64,000 nt of DNA from a virus (taxonomy: Duplodnaviria; Caudoviricetes): positions 11,727-75,726 of the IMG/VR virus record IMGVR_UViG_3300031760_000033. The stretch is one strand, 5' to 3'. The position numbers and the translations under genes were made by a program. The stretch's first letter is position 1. Each line of letters starts with the position of its first letter. The notes beneath the pieces were generated by a model. The model saw only the letters and a program-made list of their open reading frames with translations. It did not search any database and had not been told where the DNA came from. Positions 34,687 to 43,807 of this stretch are shown piece after piece.

Positions 34687-36831
34687 TTAGAATGGGGCGT
34701 CAGGGTTAGGGTCATGCTTAAATTGCTCTTCGTATGGGTCGGTCAGACCTTGGTTGTCGAAATTGGTATTCGGCATGATGGGTGCCGGCGGTGCATCCGG
34801 GAGTTTGTGATACTCCTCAATGCCTTCTTCCCAATCGTAGTGCATATTCTCGGCACGGCTGTTTTTGAAGCGTTTTGTCTCAGGTTCGTAGTATAGGCCG
34901 ACAATGAAGTTTTCGACTCCATAGTCTCGGTTCTTGGCTACCTCTATGATGTTGTTGTAGCCCTCGAAGATAATCCTTGATGTCTTGTCTTTGCCCCAGA
35001 ACTCCGTGGCCCTCTTCTCAAAGTCATCATTGATTCTGTGCAGCAGCAGGAGGTTCCAGCAGATGTTTGTCAGGTCCGACGTGCCGCTGATACTCTCTTT
35101 ACGGAGTAACTGGAAGTTTGCCTCCTTACGAGGGTGTGCGATAATCAGAATATGCACATGGTACTTCTTGGCAATCTCATCGAGCTTCAACATCAAAGCC
35201 TTCTGCTTTTCGTTCATGGTGCCGACGAGGTAGTCAAGCGACAGAGCCATCAGGTTATCAAGTACAATGAATTTGAGTTTGTACTTGACGATAGCCTCTT
35301 CGACGTCTGCAAGTATCTGTTCACAGTTGTTTCCGTAGTTGTTGTTGTAGATGATGAGGCGCTCGTCTAGCCAATTCTCAATTTTTGGAATTACGCTGTC
35401 TATAGCTTCGTAGGCGTTGTCCCGGCCCTCGACCTTGACGACGTTGTTCTTGCCGGCAGCGGTCTGGCAGAGCCATGCCTTGATACGCTTGGCAGGAAGC
35501 TCACCGCTCCAGAGTGCCGACGGGATGTCTCGCTGGACGGCATTTAGGAGGAGCTGGTTCAGGATTGCCGTCTTACCGCTGGCGTTGATGCCAGAGAGAA
35601 CGGTTGTCTGTTCCTCGAACAGGCCGCCTATAGCTTTATCTAGAGCGTAGATGCCGGTCTTGATGGAAAAGCGGTCGCTATCCCTGACAATCTTGATGTC
35701 GCGGGCCGTGAGCCATTTCTTACCAAGCTCATCGGTCTCGGCCTTAATCTCCACTGGCTCTGGAGCCGGGCGGTACTTTTCATAGTATCGCTGCTTGTAC
35801 TTGAACTCGTTGTAGTCTTTCTTGTCGTAGGCGTCAGGTTCAAAGTGTAGTCTAAATTCTTTCCAGTGATATTGTTCGCAATGAGCATGGAAGCACTTAA
35901 ATTCGATGGCCCCATTGTCATACTGAAAAACCATACTATCGGGGTCTGCATGGTCGGCACCGCCAAAGGGACATTCTTTGAGGATGTATCTGGTGCCGGA
36001 TGATGTTCTGACGGTCCTGTATTCAATGCCATGCTTTGCAAAGAATCCAAGCAAGTCGAATTGTTCACCTCCATACTTGTTTTCCCGTGTAGGTTTGGGA
36101 GGTTCCTCCTGAAACAGGGCTGCGACTTTCTCTATATAAATTTTGTCAGTTATCTGAATGGAATCAGGTACTTTGATGATTTTTGCCATTCTCCACGGAC
36201 GTTCCGCTGTATTGGCACCCTTTTTGGCATACGTTCCGTAGAGCTTGCAGATTCTCGATGCGTTATCGACTGATGTGTCAACATGAACAGAGTCGGTGCT
36301 GAACATCATGTCAAGAGCTTTTATAAACCTGTCAACAAGTTTCTCTGACTCCTCATCGTTTTTCAACGCAATCGGGATTGTAACGTGATAGCCGTTTCCA
36401 GAGCGACTAACTATTGGCTCGTAGAACCCCTGCTGAATGAGATAGTCATAGACTCTTCTTGCGACAATGTGTGCATCTTTCAGCTGGGCCTCCGTACTAC
36501 CGGTCCCCGGAACCCTCTCAGGGTCGAAATCGAGAAGGATGAAATCTCTTCCGATGATGTTGTTGTCTTTTGTGGTTTCTTTCGGGAACTTAATCAAGCG
36601 CTCATGCTGCGTTCTATCATAACATTCAGGCGTGATAGAGTTTAGCATGAAGTAGAATTGCAGGGAATCGTTGTTCGACAGTGGCTCAATATCGCGAATG
36701 ATGTTGTTTACGTCGCGGTAATATCCACTGTATGTTTCTTTGTTTTTCCCAAGAACACGAATCTCGCATAGCTTTTGACCGCCATTTTGGAATATCTCCC
36801 ACCACTTGTATATTTGTTCTCTGTCTATCAT
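34687..36831 (-). CDS. Primase-helicase fusion (AEP-type primase, Zn-binding domain, SF4 DnaB-like helicase)
   Basis: ILLDFDP and SRSGNGYH (AEP); CPF...H...C.H.HC; SGINASGKT Walker A; IVLDNL; IIAHPRK; EVAKNR. Confidence 0.88.
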   Translation of the reverse strand: MIDREQIYKWWEIFQNGGQKLCEIRVLGKNKETYSGYYRDVNNIIRDIEPLSNNDSLQFYFMLNSITPECYDRTQHERLIKFPKETTKDNNIIGRDFILLDFDPERVPGTGSTEAQLKDAHIVARRVYDYLIQQGFYEPIVSRSGNGYHVTIPIALKNDEESEKLVDRFIKALDMMFSTDSVHVDTSVDNASRICKLYGTYAKKGANTAERPWRMAKIIKVPDSIQITDKIYIEKVAALFQEEPPKPTRENKYGGEQFDLLGFFAKHGIEYRTVRTSSGTRYILKECPFGGADHADPDSMVFQYDNGAIEFKCFHAHCEQYHWKEFRLHFEPDAYDKKDYNEFKYKQRYYEKYRPAPEPVEIKAETDELGKKWLTARDIKIVRDSDRFSIKTGIYALDKAIGGLFEEQTTVLSGINASGKTAILNQLLLNAVQRDIPSALWSGELPAKRIKAWLCQTAAGKNNVVKVEGRDNAYEAIDSVIPKIENWLDERLIIYNNNYGNNCEQILADVEEAIVKYKLKFIVLDNLMALSLDYLVGTMNEKQKALMLKLDEIAKKYHVHILIIAHPRKEANFQLLRKESISGTSDLTNICWNLLLLHRINDDFEKRATEFWGKDKTSRIIFEGYNNIIEVAKNRDYGVENFIVGLYYEPETKRFKNSRAENMHYDWEEGIEEYHKLPDAPPAPIMPNTNFDNQGLTDPYEEQFKHDPNPDAPF

Positions 36832-36834
36832 GGC

Positions 36835-37626
36835 TTATTGATATTTAATGCCGGCAGGAGAGTAAGACTCATTCTGTGTGGGTGAGAATAAATCCTGTTG
36901 TCCTTTGGCAGGTATGTTTTTGAAGAAATCAGGTTCGACTCCACCCCAGCTTCTTTCAACGGCAGTACGGATAATTTCGTTGGCAGATAAGTTGTGGGTG
37001 GATGATATAGTCTCAATATTTTTCTTTGTGTGATTGAATGCAGTTTGGGTTTGAGAAAGTTTTTTGTTCTTCCGGACCATAATCCAATCATTAGCTACTT
37101 GCTCATCCACCCCCAAGGCAATAAGCTCGTTTTTGAACGAAAACTTTTTTTGAGATACGTCAGTATCTCTTTTTTCTACTTCTTTACTTCTTTGCTTATT
37201 ATATTCTTTGTTTGGGTCAGCCGAGGGGTCAGCAGAGTGGTCAGAGTTGGGGTCATTATAGTGGTCAGTATTGGGGTCAGCGTTAAGGTCATCTATTGGT
37301 TGATATTTGTCATAATTACAGATTGTTATTATATTGTATTTGGGGTATGCGGTTTGAGTAATCATATCGTCCATTTCAAGTAGCCTGAGAAAATTACGGA
37401 CGGTATGGGTGCATACACCCCATTTATCCATAAGGTATTTGTTTGAAGCGAGAAGTTGGCCTCTTTTTATCACAACAATCGTGCTACCAACAAGCACTTT
37501 TTTTTCTTCCCAATTAGCCATGAGCAGCAACCCAAGCCACCATTTCAGCTTTACTGGGTCTTCCCATATCCAGTGGCTCTCTATACCTCGATGGAGTCTC
37601 ATCCATCCTCGTGGTGAATCATACAT
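36835..37626 (-). CDS. Phage replication initiator (lambda O/DnaD-like)
   Basis: GWMRLHRGIESHWIWEDP...KRGQLL.S...L..KW...VRNFLRLLE; internal D-x3 repeats. Confidence 0.85.
   Translation of the reverse strand: MYDSPRGWMRLHRGIESHWIWEDPVKLKWWLGLLLMANWEEKKVLVGSTIVVIKRGQLLASNKYLMDKWGVCTHTVRNFLRLLEMDDMITQTAYPKYNIITICNYDKYQPIDDLNADPNTDHYNDPNSDHSADPSADPNKEYNKQRSKEVEKRDTDVSQKKFSFKNELIALGVDEQVANDWIMVRKNKKLSQTQTAFNHTKKNIETISSTHNLSANEIIRTAVERSWGGVEPDFFKNIPAKGQQDLFSPTQNESYSPAGIKYQ
37215..37291 (+). repeat. Seven GGTCA iteron-like repeats at 12-bp spacing (putative origin)
   Basis: GGTCA at 37215, 37227, 37239, 37251, 37263, 37275 and 37287, next to a T-rich tract. Confidence 0.7.
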
Positions 37627-37633
37627 GGCTTAA

Positions 37634-38233
37634 TTATTTTGAATGAAATTTACGATGGCAGTCATGGCACAAGACAATCAAATCTTCCAGATGGGCCTTC
37701 TCGTTCCCTATATGCTCGTAGGAGTTATGATGTACTTCTAAGTTTGTTTTTGAGCCACATAATTGGCATTTACCTACATTAGATAGCATAATAGCTCGAA
37801 TCTGCTTCCATCTTGGTGATTGAAGATATGCTTGATAATTATCCTTCACTCCTCCTGCATCATCAATAATATGGTTTGCAACACGAAATATCGTCACAGC
37901 ATTATCTATGGCAAGGTAATCAGATTTTGATAACTCATAAAAATCAATCGCGGCATTGTAGTACCTATGATTCTCTTTGAGATTTTTGAGACCTTCCCAA
38001 AAACAATCGAACAAGAAATCAGAATTATTATATCTAATTTCTTCAAATTCAGCTTTTACAAACTCTTCTATAGGTATGACGTTCAACCATAACGAAGATG
38101 GGTCGCCCCCATCGTCGCTTTCAACAAAAAACCAAAGGTCTCTTTCTTTCTTGAAACATAATGATATGTTTCGATAGTCACTATGATAGTATTTGTAAAA
38201 GTGACCAATCTGAGGTTGTTCTAGTGTTTGCAT
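37634..38233 (-). CDS. HNH endonuclease (C-terminal) with unknown N-terminal domain
   Basis: YLQSPRW...CQLCG...LEVHHNSY...DLIVLCHDCHRKFH. Confidence 0.88.
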   Translation of the reverse strand: MQTLEQPQIGHFYKYYHSDYRNISLCFKKERDLWFFVESDDGGDPSSLWLNVIPIEEFVKAEFEEIRYNNSDFLFDCFWEGLKNLKENHRYYNAAIDFYELSKSDYLAIDNAVTIFRVANHIIDDAGGVKDNYQAYLQSPRWKQIRAIMLSNVGKCQLCGSKTNLEVHHNSYEHIGNEKAHLEDLIVLCHDCHRKFHSK

Positions 38234-38254
38234 AGCAGACTCCTTTCAAAAGAA

Positions 38255-38356
38255 TATCGCCCATCATACTCTCGGCTTCCACTCCGATTTCTGATAGGCG
38301 ATAATTCCTATACTTCTCGTTGATAACTAACGGCTAAAGTGGAAGACACCGCAGTT
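38255..38356 (-). ncRNA. Structured intergenic RNA: two hairpins with 8-bp complementary loops and a loop-E-like motif
   Basis: HP1 AACT-GCGG[..CTTCCACT..]CCGT-T-AGTT; HP2 12-bp helix, GAAA/GAGTA internal loop, TCGG/CCGA, loop AGTGGAAG. Confidence 0.7.
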
Positions 38357-38407
38357 AAATTTATTTTCATTGTACCTACATAACGCATGGTTTCATGGTT
38401 TATTGTG

Positions 38408-38614
38408 TCAGGATGAAAAATTTTCTACTTTTTCTCCAATCACCACCCGGACATAACCAAGCTCCATGTTCTCGCAGTGTTCGTAGGTCTTGATGTCTTT
38501 CAGACCCAATGCGAGTGCTTCGAGGTATGCCATGTAGTGAGCACAATCGTCCTTTGTTTCGCAATTTTTGCCGGTGCAGTGGCCGTATTTGTGGTTGAAT
38601 CGTTCTGATGCCAT
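38408..38614 (-). CDS. Small Cys-rich hypothetical protein
   Basis: HCTGKNCETKDDCAHY motif; first gene after the promoter at 38644. Confidence 0.6.
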   Translation of the reverse strand: MASERFNHKYGHCTGKNCETKDDCAHYMAYLEALALGLKDIKTYEHCENMELGYVRVVIGEKVENFSS

Positions 38615-38643
38615 AGCTGTATAATTTTGAGTGAAACGAGTTG

Positions 38644-38655
38644 CAAAAATACGAA
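38644..38655 (-). promoter_or_regulatory. Phage promoter family copy (TTCGTATTTTTGCA) heading the replication operon
   Basis: TATTTTTG -7 box preceded by TTCG, as in the copies at 32624 and 46305. Confidence 0.7.
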
Positions 38656-38659
38656 TAAA

Positions 38660-38872
38660 TCAGGACTTATCAGAATTTTTTTGATGCAGCCTATCGTACC
38701 TCTTCATACGTCGGCAGTTACCGTTGCACCCGGCGTTGATGTGGCAGTTACCGGACCACCCGGAGCGGGCGTAGCAGGTGCCTTCCATACCGTAATGCTT
38801 GCACTTTGTCTTGTATAATTCTCTATCGTTGTCTGGCATATCAGTATTTCTTGTTACCGTGCTTGTACTCAC
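38660..38872 (-). CDS. Small Cys-rich hypothetical protein
   Basis: CKHY..EGTCY...C...C...CRRMKRYD. Confidence 0.6.
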   Translation of the reverse strand: MSTSTVTRNTDMPDNDRELYKTKCKHYGMEGTCYARSGWSGNCHINAGCNGNCRRMKRYDRLHQKNSDKS

Positions 38873-39416
38873 GGAGTTCGTTGTACTTCATTTTGAGTTC
38901 GATGTGCTTGTAGATGTCAATTTTCAGATAGTCGGACCAGTCGAGCATGAACTGAATTGACTTCTTTATGTCGTATGGGGACTGGCCCAACTGATGCCGG
39001 ATGAGAATCCAAGCGTTCTCAATGAACGACTGGTCCCGTTTGAAATAAACACCTCCAAAGCAGTTCAGTGAGCCAAAGTTCATAGATTCTCCGTACAGCT
39101 CATACGCCATGTCGAGCAGACGGATGATGACATCTGCAAACTCATCCTCGATGGAGTTCTTAACGAACAGCTCGAAGCAGAATTTCCAGTGGTCTTTCTT
39201 GCGGTTGATAGGTTGCGGTGTCTGGCTCTCTTTCTCGAACATAGGCATATTGGCCCGTTTGCCCTTGCGGTCGGCTTCCACAGCTTCCGCAACCTCTGTC
39301 ATAACGAGGCCCAGCCAATGCTCAGGTGAATGTTTTTCTTCGTGCCATCCGTGTATGGTGGCAACTTTGTGGATGTGGTGCATCCATTCTTCAATTTGTT
39401 TCTGGTCTATGTACAT
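38841..39416 (-). CDS. MazG-like nucleotide pyrophosphohydrolase
   Basis: EVAEAVEADR and EDEFADVIIRLLD; KYNE.R..KHG.KY; start MYIDQ with TAATG overlap. Confidence 0.8.
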   Translation of the reverse strand: MYIDQKQIEEWMHHIHKVATIHGWHEEKHSPEHWLGLVMTEVAEAVEADRKGKRANMPMFEKESQTPQPINRKKDHWKFCFELFVKNSIEDEFADVIIRLLDMAYELYGESMNFGSLNCFGGVYFKRDQSFIENAWILIRHQLGQSPYDIKKSIQFMLDWSDYLKIDIYKHIELKMKYNELREYKHGNKKY

Positions 39417-40009
39417 TACTTTAGGAATTTGAATGAATAACAGAATACCCACTGATTTGCTTCCCAAGTGCCTTTCCCGGACACTTTATCAATAAGGTGT
39501 GAGAAAGCCTCTCTAGCGGTATCGTAGTGCCTCAGGGCGGGGTAGAATGTATATGCGTAGCACAGGTCAAGTTTTGCATCAAGCACCTCCTCGCCATATA
39601 TACCCTCTTTCAAGGCATCCTCTTCTGAAATTTCGTGCAGACGTTCAATTTTGACGTCAGTAATCCTGACAAAGTGCTGCATATACTCCGGGCAGATGAA
39701 CATGGAGTTATCCCACCCGCCAAGTTCTATTGCAGGATACCAGCCTTTCTTTCTTTTGCCGTTGATAACTTTGCTGCCTTGTAGTAGTACGTCAGGTTCA
39801 AAGATGTTTTTGTACGGCTCCGCAACAGCCACAACATCGTCAATCTTGTATGGGGCGCAGAGGTTGGCCACCTCGGTATAGCCTTTCATATATGCGGCAA
39901 TATCGTCGGGAGTCATGCGGTCTCCGACGAGCCGTCGGGTCATCGTCTTTTTCCCTTCGACGACCGCAGTCCTGAGCTTGTAGTGCTCATTGAAAAGAAA
40001 ACTATTCAT
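39416..40009 (-). CDS. ASCH/PUA domain protein
   Basis: AVVEGKKTMTRR...VRITDVKIERLHEISEEDALKEG...W..N.WVF.Y.F. Confidence 0.8.
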   Translation of the reverse strand: MNSFLFNEHYKLRTAVVEGKKTMTRRLVGDRMTPDDIAAYMKGYTEVANLCAPYKIDDVVAVAEPYKNIFEPDVLLQGSKVINGKRKKGWYPAIELGGWDNSMFICPEYMQHFVRITDVKIERLHEISEEDALKEGIYGEEVLDAKLDLCYAYTFYPALRHYDTAREAFSHLIDKVSGKGTWEANQWVFCYSFKFLK

Positions 40010-40037
40010 GGTTCAATGTTATGTGATTATAACTAAT

Positions 40038-40235
40038 TTATATCAAGTTGACGATGCTGTGGACTGGCAATCCATCCCCTTTTGAATTTATGAGTGTTTT
40101 GTTTTCACCCAATATACGCCAACTATCTTGCTGATATTTACGCATTGCTCTACGATGTAGTATTTTCTCCAAGCGTTCGGCTTTTCTGATTCCAACATAA
40201 CGACGTCTGATTGGAAGTAGGATATTTTCGCTCAT
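40038..40235 (-). CDS. Hypothetical basic protein
   Basis: 65-aa ORF directly after the previous stop. Confidence 0.5.
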   Translation of the reverse strand: MSENILLPIRRRYVGIRKAERLEKILHRRAMRKYQQDSWRILGENKTLINSKGDGLPVHSIVNLI

Positions 40236-40239
40236 GTTT

Positions 40240-40485
40240 TTAGCATTTTGTCATTCCAACAAATTCGTATTTTGGGTACGGGTTGTCGCCGGCGAATTGG
40301 AAGCCATAGCATCGGTCTTCCCAATCGGAAGCTACCTGTATGCCGAACAGCCCGGAACCACCGGTCTCTTTATAGTCCTGATTGAGAATTTTGATGATTT
40401 CGTCCATCTTCGTGAACGTATCAGGGAACAGCGTTTTGTATTGTTCAAAACACTGGTCAAACTCTTTATAGTTAAGTATTTTCAT
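40240..40485 (-). CDS. Hypothetical protein
   Basis: 81-aa ORF with ATGA-type coupling. Confidence 0.55.
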   Translation of the reverse strand: MKILNYKEFDQCFEQYKTLFPDTFTKMDEIIKILNQDYKETGGSGLFGIQVASDWEDRCYGFQFAGDNPYPKYEFVGMTKC

Positions 40486-42380
40486 TGTATGTATTTCCTT
40501 TCAAAATCTTCTTTTGGTAGAATTTCAAATACTTGATTTTGTTTCGATGATATAACAATGACTGCCTCTTCCGCAACCTTGTACTTCTTAAACAGTCTTC
40601 TTGTACAATATCCGCAAAAGGGAAACGAGACCGCAAAGTTATTTGGGTTTCTTTGAGAAGCATAGTCTCGTTCCAGCGCTGTAAATTCAGGTTTTACATT
40701 ATCGAGTATGCTGTTGCCTGAATATGGTATGTATTGGTGGCTTAAATAATCCCTAAACAGGGGAGGTAGTTCATTGCGTTTAATATTCAAGATGGTTGCT
40801 ATTTCCGTATAACGCAAAAAAGAGAAAGATTTGAATTGCTCCTTTTTTACCTTGAACCCGTCTTTATTTGCGCAATACACATAATGGTCGATACATCCCG
40901 GAATCAGATTATATCTGTCTTTTCCAGTTACAACAAAGTTGTTTTTGTATCTATAAGAGGGTGTTGCAGACCAGCCACAACCATATAAGAAAGGATGGTC
41001 TCTATCATGTAGATATACTTTATCTCCAGCAAACAAGAATGGCTCCAGAGATTTGATTTTATCCTTAAACATATCGAGAAGCAAGTCCCTCTGTTTTGCG
41101 TATTCGTAGTAATATTCAGAGTCGAATTTTACTTCGTACTTATTCCCCCACCTATTGCGAATATGCTGTTCAGCGACTTGTTTGTGAGCTAGATATTGAG
41201 TGTTTTTCTCAAACTCTTCGACAGTCATAAGTGTTGATGACACACCCATCTGTTCAAGAAGTTGCTTATTTTGTACCACAACCGCGCTTGTGTCCTCTTC
41301 AAAAATCTCTTTAACAAGTTCGTTTAACTTGTCTATGTTGGTTTTAGAGAAATGAGAGTCATCCGACATGTTGACGTTTCCATCAGTCAGTTGCAATAGA
41401 CTTGCATTGGCACCCAAGACCTGTTTGACATTATACCCGTTGACAATTTTCTCAATAGTATAGCCAATTATGTAGTATAGTGTGTTGCAGAGGTACTCAT
41501 CAATGGGGAAAGTCCAAATTTCGTCGCAATTTGGGTTGGCTAATGTTTTTGCTTTTTCTCTATTCTCAATTACCTTGTCGATAAGTATATACGGTAGGAA
41601 ATCGAGTTTATTTTCTCTGTCTTCCGAGAATCTTCTTCCTCCGTTTCTAAGCCTGTTTATCTGGTCTGGATTCTGATAGATGAACTTATCGGTAAGTACA
41701 TATACGTTACCGTTTAACGAGAATGTGATGACGAAGTATGATAGGTCGATTTTTTTCTCAATAAACAGACCAACAGTAATTGACCAAGCATCATTTGACA
41801 CTCTTCCGGATATTAGTTTCTCTAAGTTGTTGGATGCGATAATATTTTTGGCCAGCTCAAACTTTGTTGTTTCCGGGAGTCCATTGCCGGTTTTATACCT
41901 GTACAGATGGAAATATTTACTGTCGATACTGTTTTTAATTGCAAGAATGTCCTGAGCATTTAGCGTTATATTGTCGTCTATCGGTATATTGGAGAGTGAT
42001 AGATTCTCTTTCTCTTTATTGTTGAAAATCTTTATGTACTCATCGCAAATATCAATATAGTTACATGCTTCATCCAAGAAGTTGGCATACTTCCGGATTT
42101 CTGACGTATTTTTACCAATATCGTATGTGTCAATGAGAGCATAGACGCATTTACGCAATGTTACGAAGGCTGCATCAAGCTCTCCTGATAGATATAGTTT
42201 TATGGTTGATTCAAGCTCTTTAACGACCTCGTATCTTGCTAATTTACCAGAAAAATGGAAAGAGTCTGCCTCTACCATTTCGGCGATACTTTTTATATCG
42301 TTATCAGATGTTTTCCCCAACCAGATAAGCATTTGCTCTATGCAGTCTTTTTTCTGTTCAAAGCTAGTTCCTACATTCAT
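40482..42380 (-). CDS. Large AT-rich hypothetical protein
   Basis: 632-aa open frame, visibly lower GC than its neighbours; no motif recognised. Confidence 0.8.
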   Translation of the reverse strand: MNVGTSFEQKKDCIEQMLIWLGKTSDNDIKSIAEMVEADSFHFSGKLARYEVVKELESTIKLYLSGELDAAFVTLRKCVYALIDTYDIGKNTSEIRKYANFLDEACNYIDICDEYIKIFNNKEKENLSLSNIPIDDNITLNAQDILAIKNSIDSKYFHLYRYKTGNGLPETTKFELAKNIIASNNLEKLISGRVSNDAWSITVGLFIEKKIDLSYFVITFSLNGNVYVLTDKFIYQNPDQINRLRNGGRRFSEDRENKLDFLPYILIDKVIENREKAKTLANPNCDEIWTFPIDEYLCNTLYYIIGYTIEKIVNGYNVKQVLGANASLLQLTDGNVNMSDDSHFSKTNIDKLNELVKEIFEEDTSAVVVQNKQLLEQMGVSSTLMTVEEFEKNTQYLAHKQVAEQHIRNRWGNKYEVKFDSEYYYEYAKQRDLLLDMFKDKIKSLEPFLFAGDKVYLHDRDHPFLYGCGWSATPSYRYKNNFVVTGKDRYNLIPGCIDHYVYCANKDGFKVKKEQFKSFSFLRYTEIATILNIKRNELPPLFRDYLSHQYIPYSGNSILDNVKPEFTALERDYASQRNPNNFAVSFPFCGYCTRRLFKKYKVAEEAVIVISSKQNQVFEILPKEDFERKYIQ

Positions 42381-42970
42381 GCTATTTCGAGTTTTGAGGT
42401 TAGCGTTTCGATTTCTTCATCCAGCTCGGCATTACGCTTCTGGAGAAAGTTGTTTTGGTCCACTGTGGGCCAGTACCGCATGGATAGCAGCCGGCCCACA
42501 GTAACCACTTCTTCGAGGAAAAGTTTACGACCACCGGTGTACGACCAGCCACCACCCTGATGTTGATAGTCGAGGTTGCACTCCTCATCGTACCAGATGA
42601 TAGCAGGGCGCTGGCTGTGTGTATGATATAGTTCCCGGAGCTTCTCTATATTCTCCTCCTCGGACATCACCTCCAGAGCCTTGTCTTTGATGGTCAGCGG
42701 CAGACAGAAGAAGAAGCGGTACACACGGTCATCCCGGTGGAACACATCTTTCTTGAAGTCGGCCCTGAGGTCCTGCAAAGACCTCTTGATTTCGACCTCT
42801 GTGAGATAATGGCTCTTATTGATGCACACAAAGTCTGCCTCGTGGTTCAGGAGGCCCCAAGACAGGTTCGGTATCATAATGTCCTGCCTGATGTTGAACA
42901 GCGGACAGCGGAGGGCGAGAGCGGATTGTATCTCTGCCACGGTTACTTTTGTGTCTAAACTTTTTCCCAT
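42377..42970 (-). CDS. MmcB-like PD-(D/E)xK nuclease-family protein
   Basis: PNLSWG...EADF...EVEIKRSLQDLRADFKKD..H; start MGKSLD at 42970. Confidence 0.65.
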   Translation of the reverse strand: MGKSLDTKVTVAEIQSALALRCPLFNIRQDIMIPNLSWGLLNHEADFVCINKSHYLTEVEIKRSLQDLRADFKKDVFHRDDRVYRFFFCLPLTIKDKALEVMSEEENIEKLRELYHTHSQRPAIIWYDEECNLDYQHQGGGWSYTGGRKLFLEEVVTVGRLLSMRYWPTVDQNNFLQKRNAELDEEIETLTSKLEIA

Positions 42971-42974
42971 AACT

Positions 42975-43364
42975 TTATTCGTCGTAGATGTTGCCGATAA
43001 CAACACAGTGAACATCCCACACCTTGAAGAGAGCAACCTCTATCTGGCCATTGTAGGCGGCGAAACAAGCCTTCTCCTTGTTGTATCGGACGATGTAGTT
43101 GATTCCGTTTTTGTCGTTGATGACGTCGCCGGTGAACACCATAGTGTCGTTCTCATCTTTGAGTCCGGTGTAGGCTCCTACGGTGTCATCTATGACGGCT
43201 GATTTACCTATAAGGGCAAACCAACCGCCATTTGTGATTGGGGAGTCAACAATCCAGCTCTTGTGCGGTTTGTGTCCTCTCCACGACCGATGACTCTCGA
43301 CAAGGTAGCCATAGACCCATTCTTGGTCTTTGCACCTTTTGCCGCGAAAGAGATTGTTAATCAT
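42975..43364 (-). CDS. yopX: YopX family protein (second copy)
   Basis: LFRGK...WVYGYL...TVGAYTGLKDEN...FTGDVI...VIGNIYD. Confidence 0.85.
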   Translation of the reverse strand: MINNLFRGKRCKDQEWVYGYLVESHRSWRGHKPHKSWIVDSPITNGGWFALIGKSAVIDDTVGAYTGLKDENDTMVFTGDVINDKNGINYIVRYNKEKACFAAYNGQIEVALFKVWDVHCVVIGNIYDE

Positions 43365-43758
43365 GGCTGCCTACACCTTCTGCGATATGCCCCATTTCGT
43401 TCTCTTCATTGGCGGCGGCAGAACTGGCTGGCTGGCCGGTGTCTGGTCCCTTCTTCTCCGGCTCAGGACTATCCTTATCATCTTTACCCAAGTGTAAGCC
43501 GGCGAAGAGTGCGGCGCCGACAGCGATAGGCAAGACCCGTTCCGACAGACCATCGAGACGTTTCTCACGCTCGTCCAGCTCTTTCTCTTTTCGGAGGATG
43601 CTCTGCCAGCACAGCATCATGGCTGCGAGGATGAGAATGAAGAGGCCGTTGCTGATGACATCGACCCACTGGTTCATGGCGATAAAGGCGCCGATGGTAA
43701 CGAGGCTGATTGCGAGAACAATCAGACAGAAGATGTTGTTGAACTTGTAATTTTTCAT
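43357..43758 (-). CDS. Membrane protein (2 TM plus coiled coil)
   Basis: Two N-terminal hydrophobic helices and an acidic tail. Confidence 0.65.
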   Translation of the reverse strand: MKNYKFNNIFCLIVLAISLVTIGAFIAMNQWVDVISNGLFILILAAMMLCWQSILRKEKELDEREKRLDGLSERVLPIAVGAALFAGLHLGKDDKDSPEPEKKGPDTGQPASSAAANEENEMGHIAEGVGSHD

Positions 43759-43807
43759 TTTTTTGAATGTTTGATTGTTAATGAATTGATTTTATATTCT
43801 ACATAGG

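Noticed and set aside
37215-37291. CRISPR array
   Set aside because: 12-bp period and 5-bp repeat inside a coding region; far too short for repeat-spacer units. No CRISPR array seen anywhere in the window.
38255-38356. Lysine riboswitch or hammerhead ribozyme
   Set aside because: It has loop-E and kissing features, but the hairpin order is reversed, there is no P1/core or P4-P5, and no CUGANGA/GAAA core.
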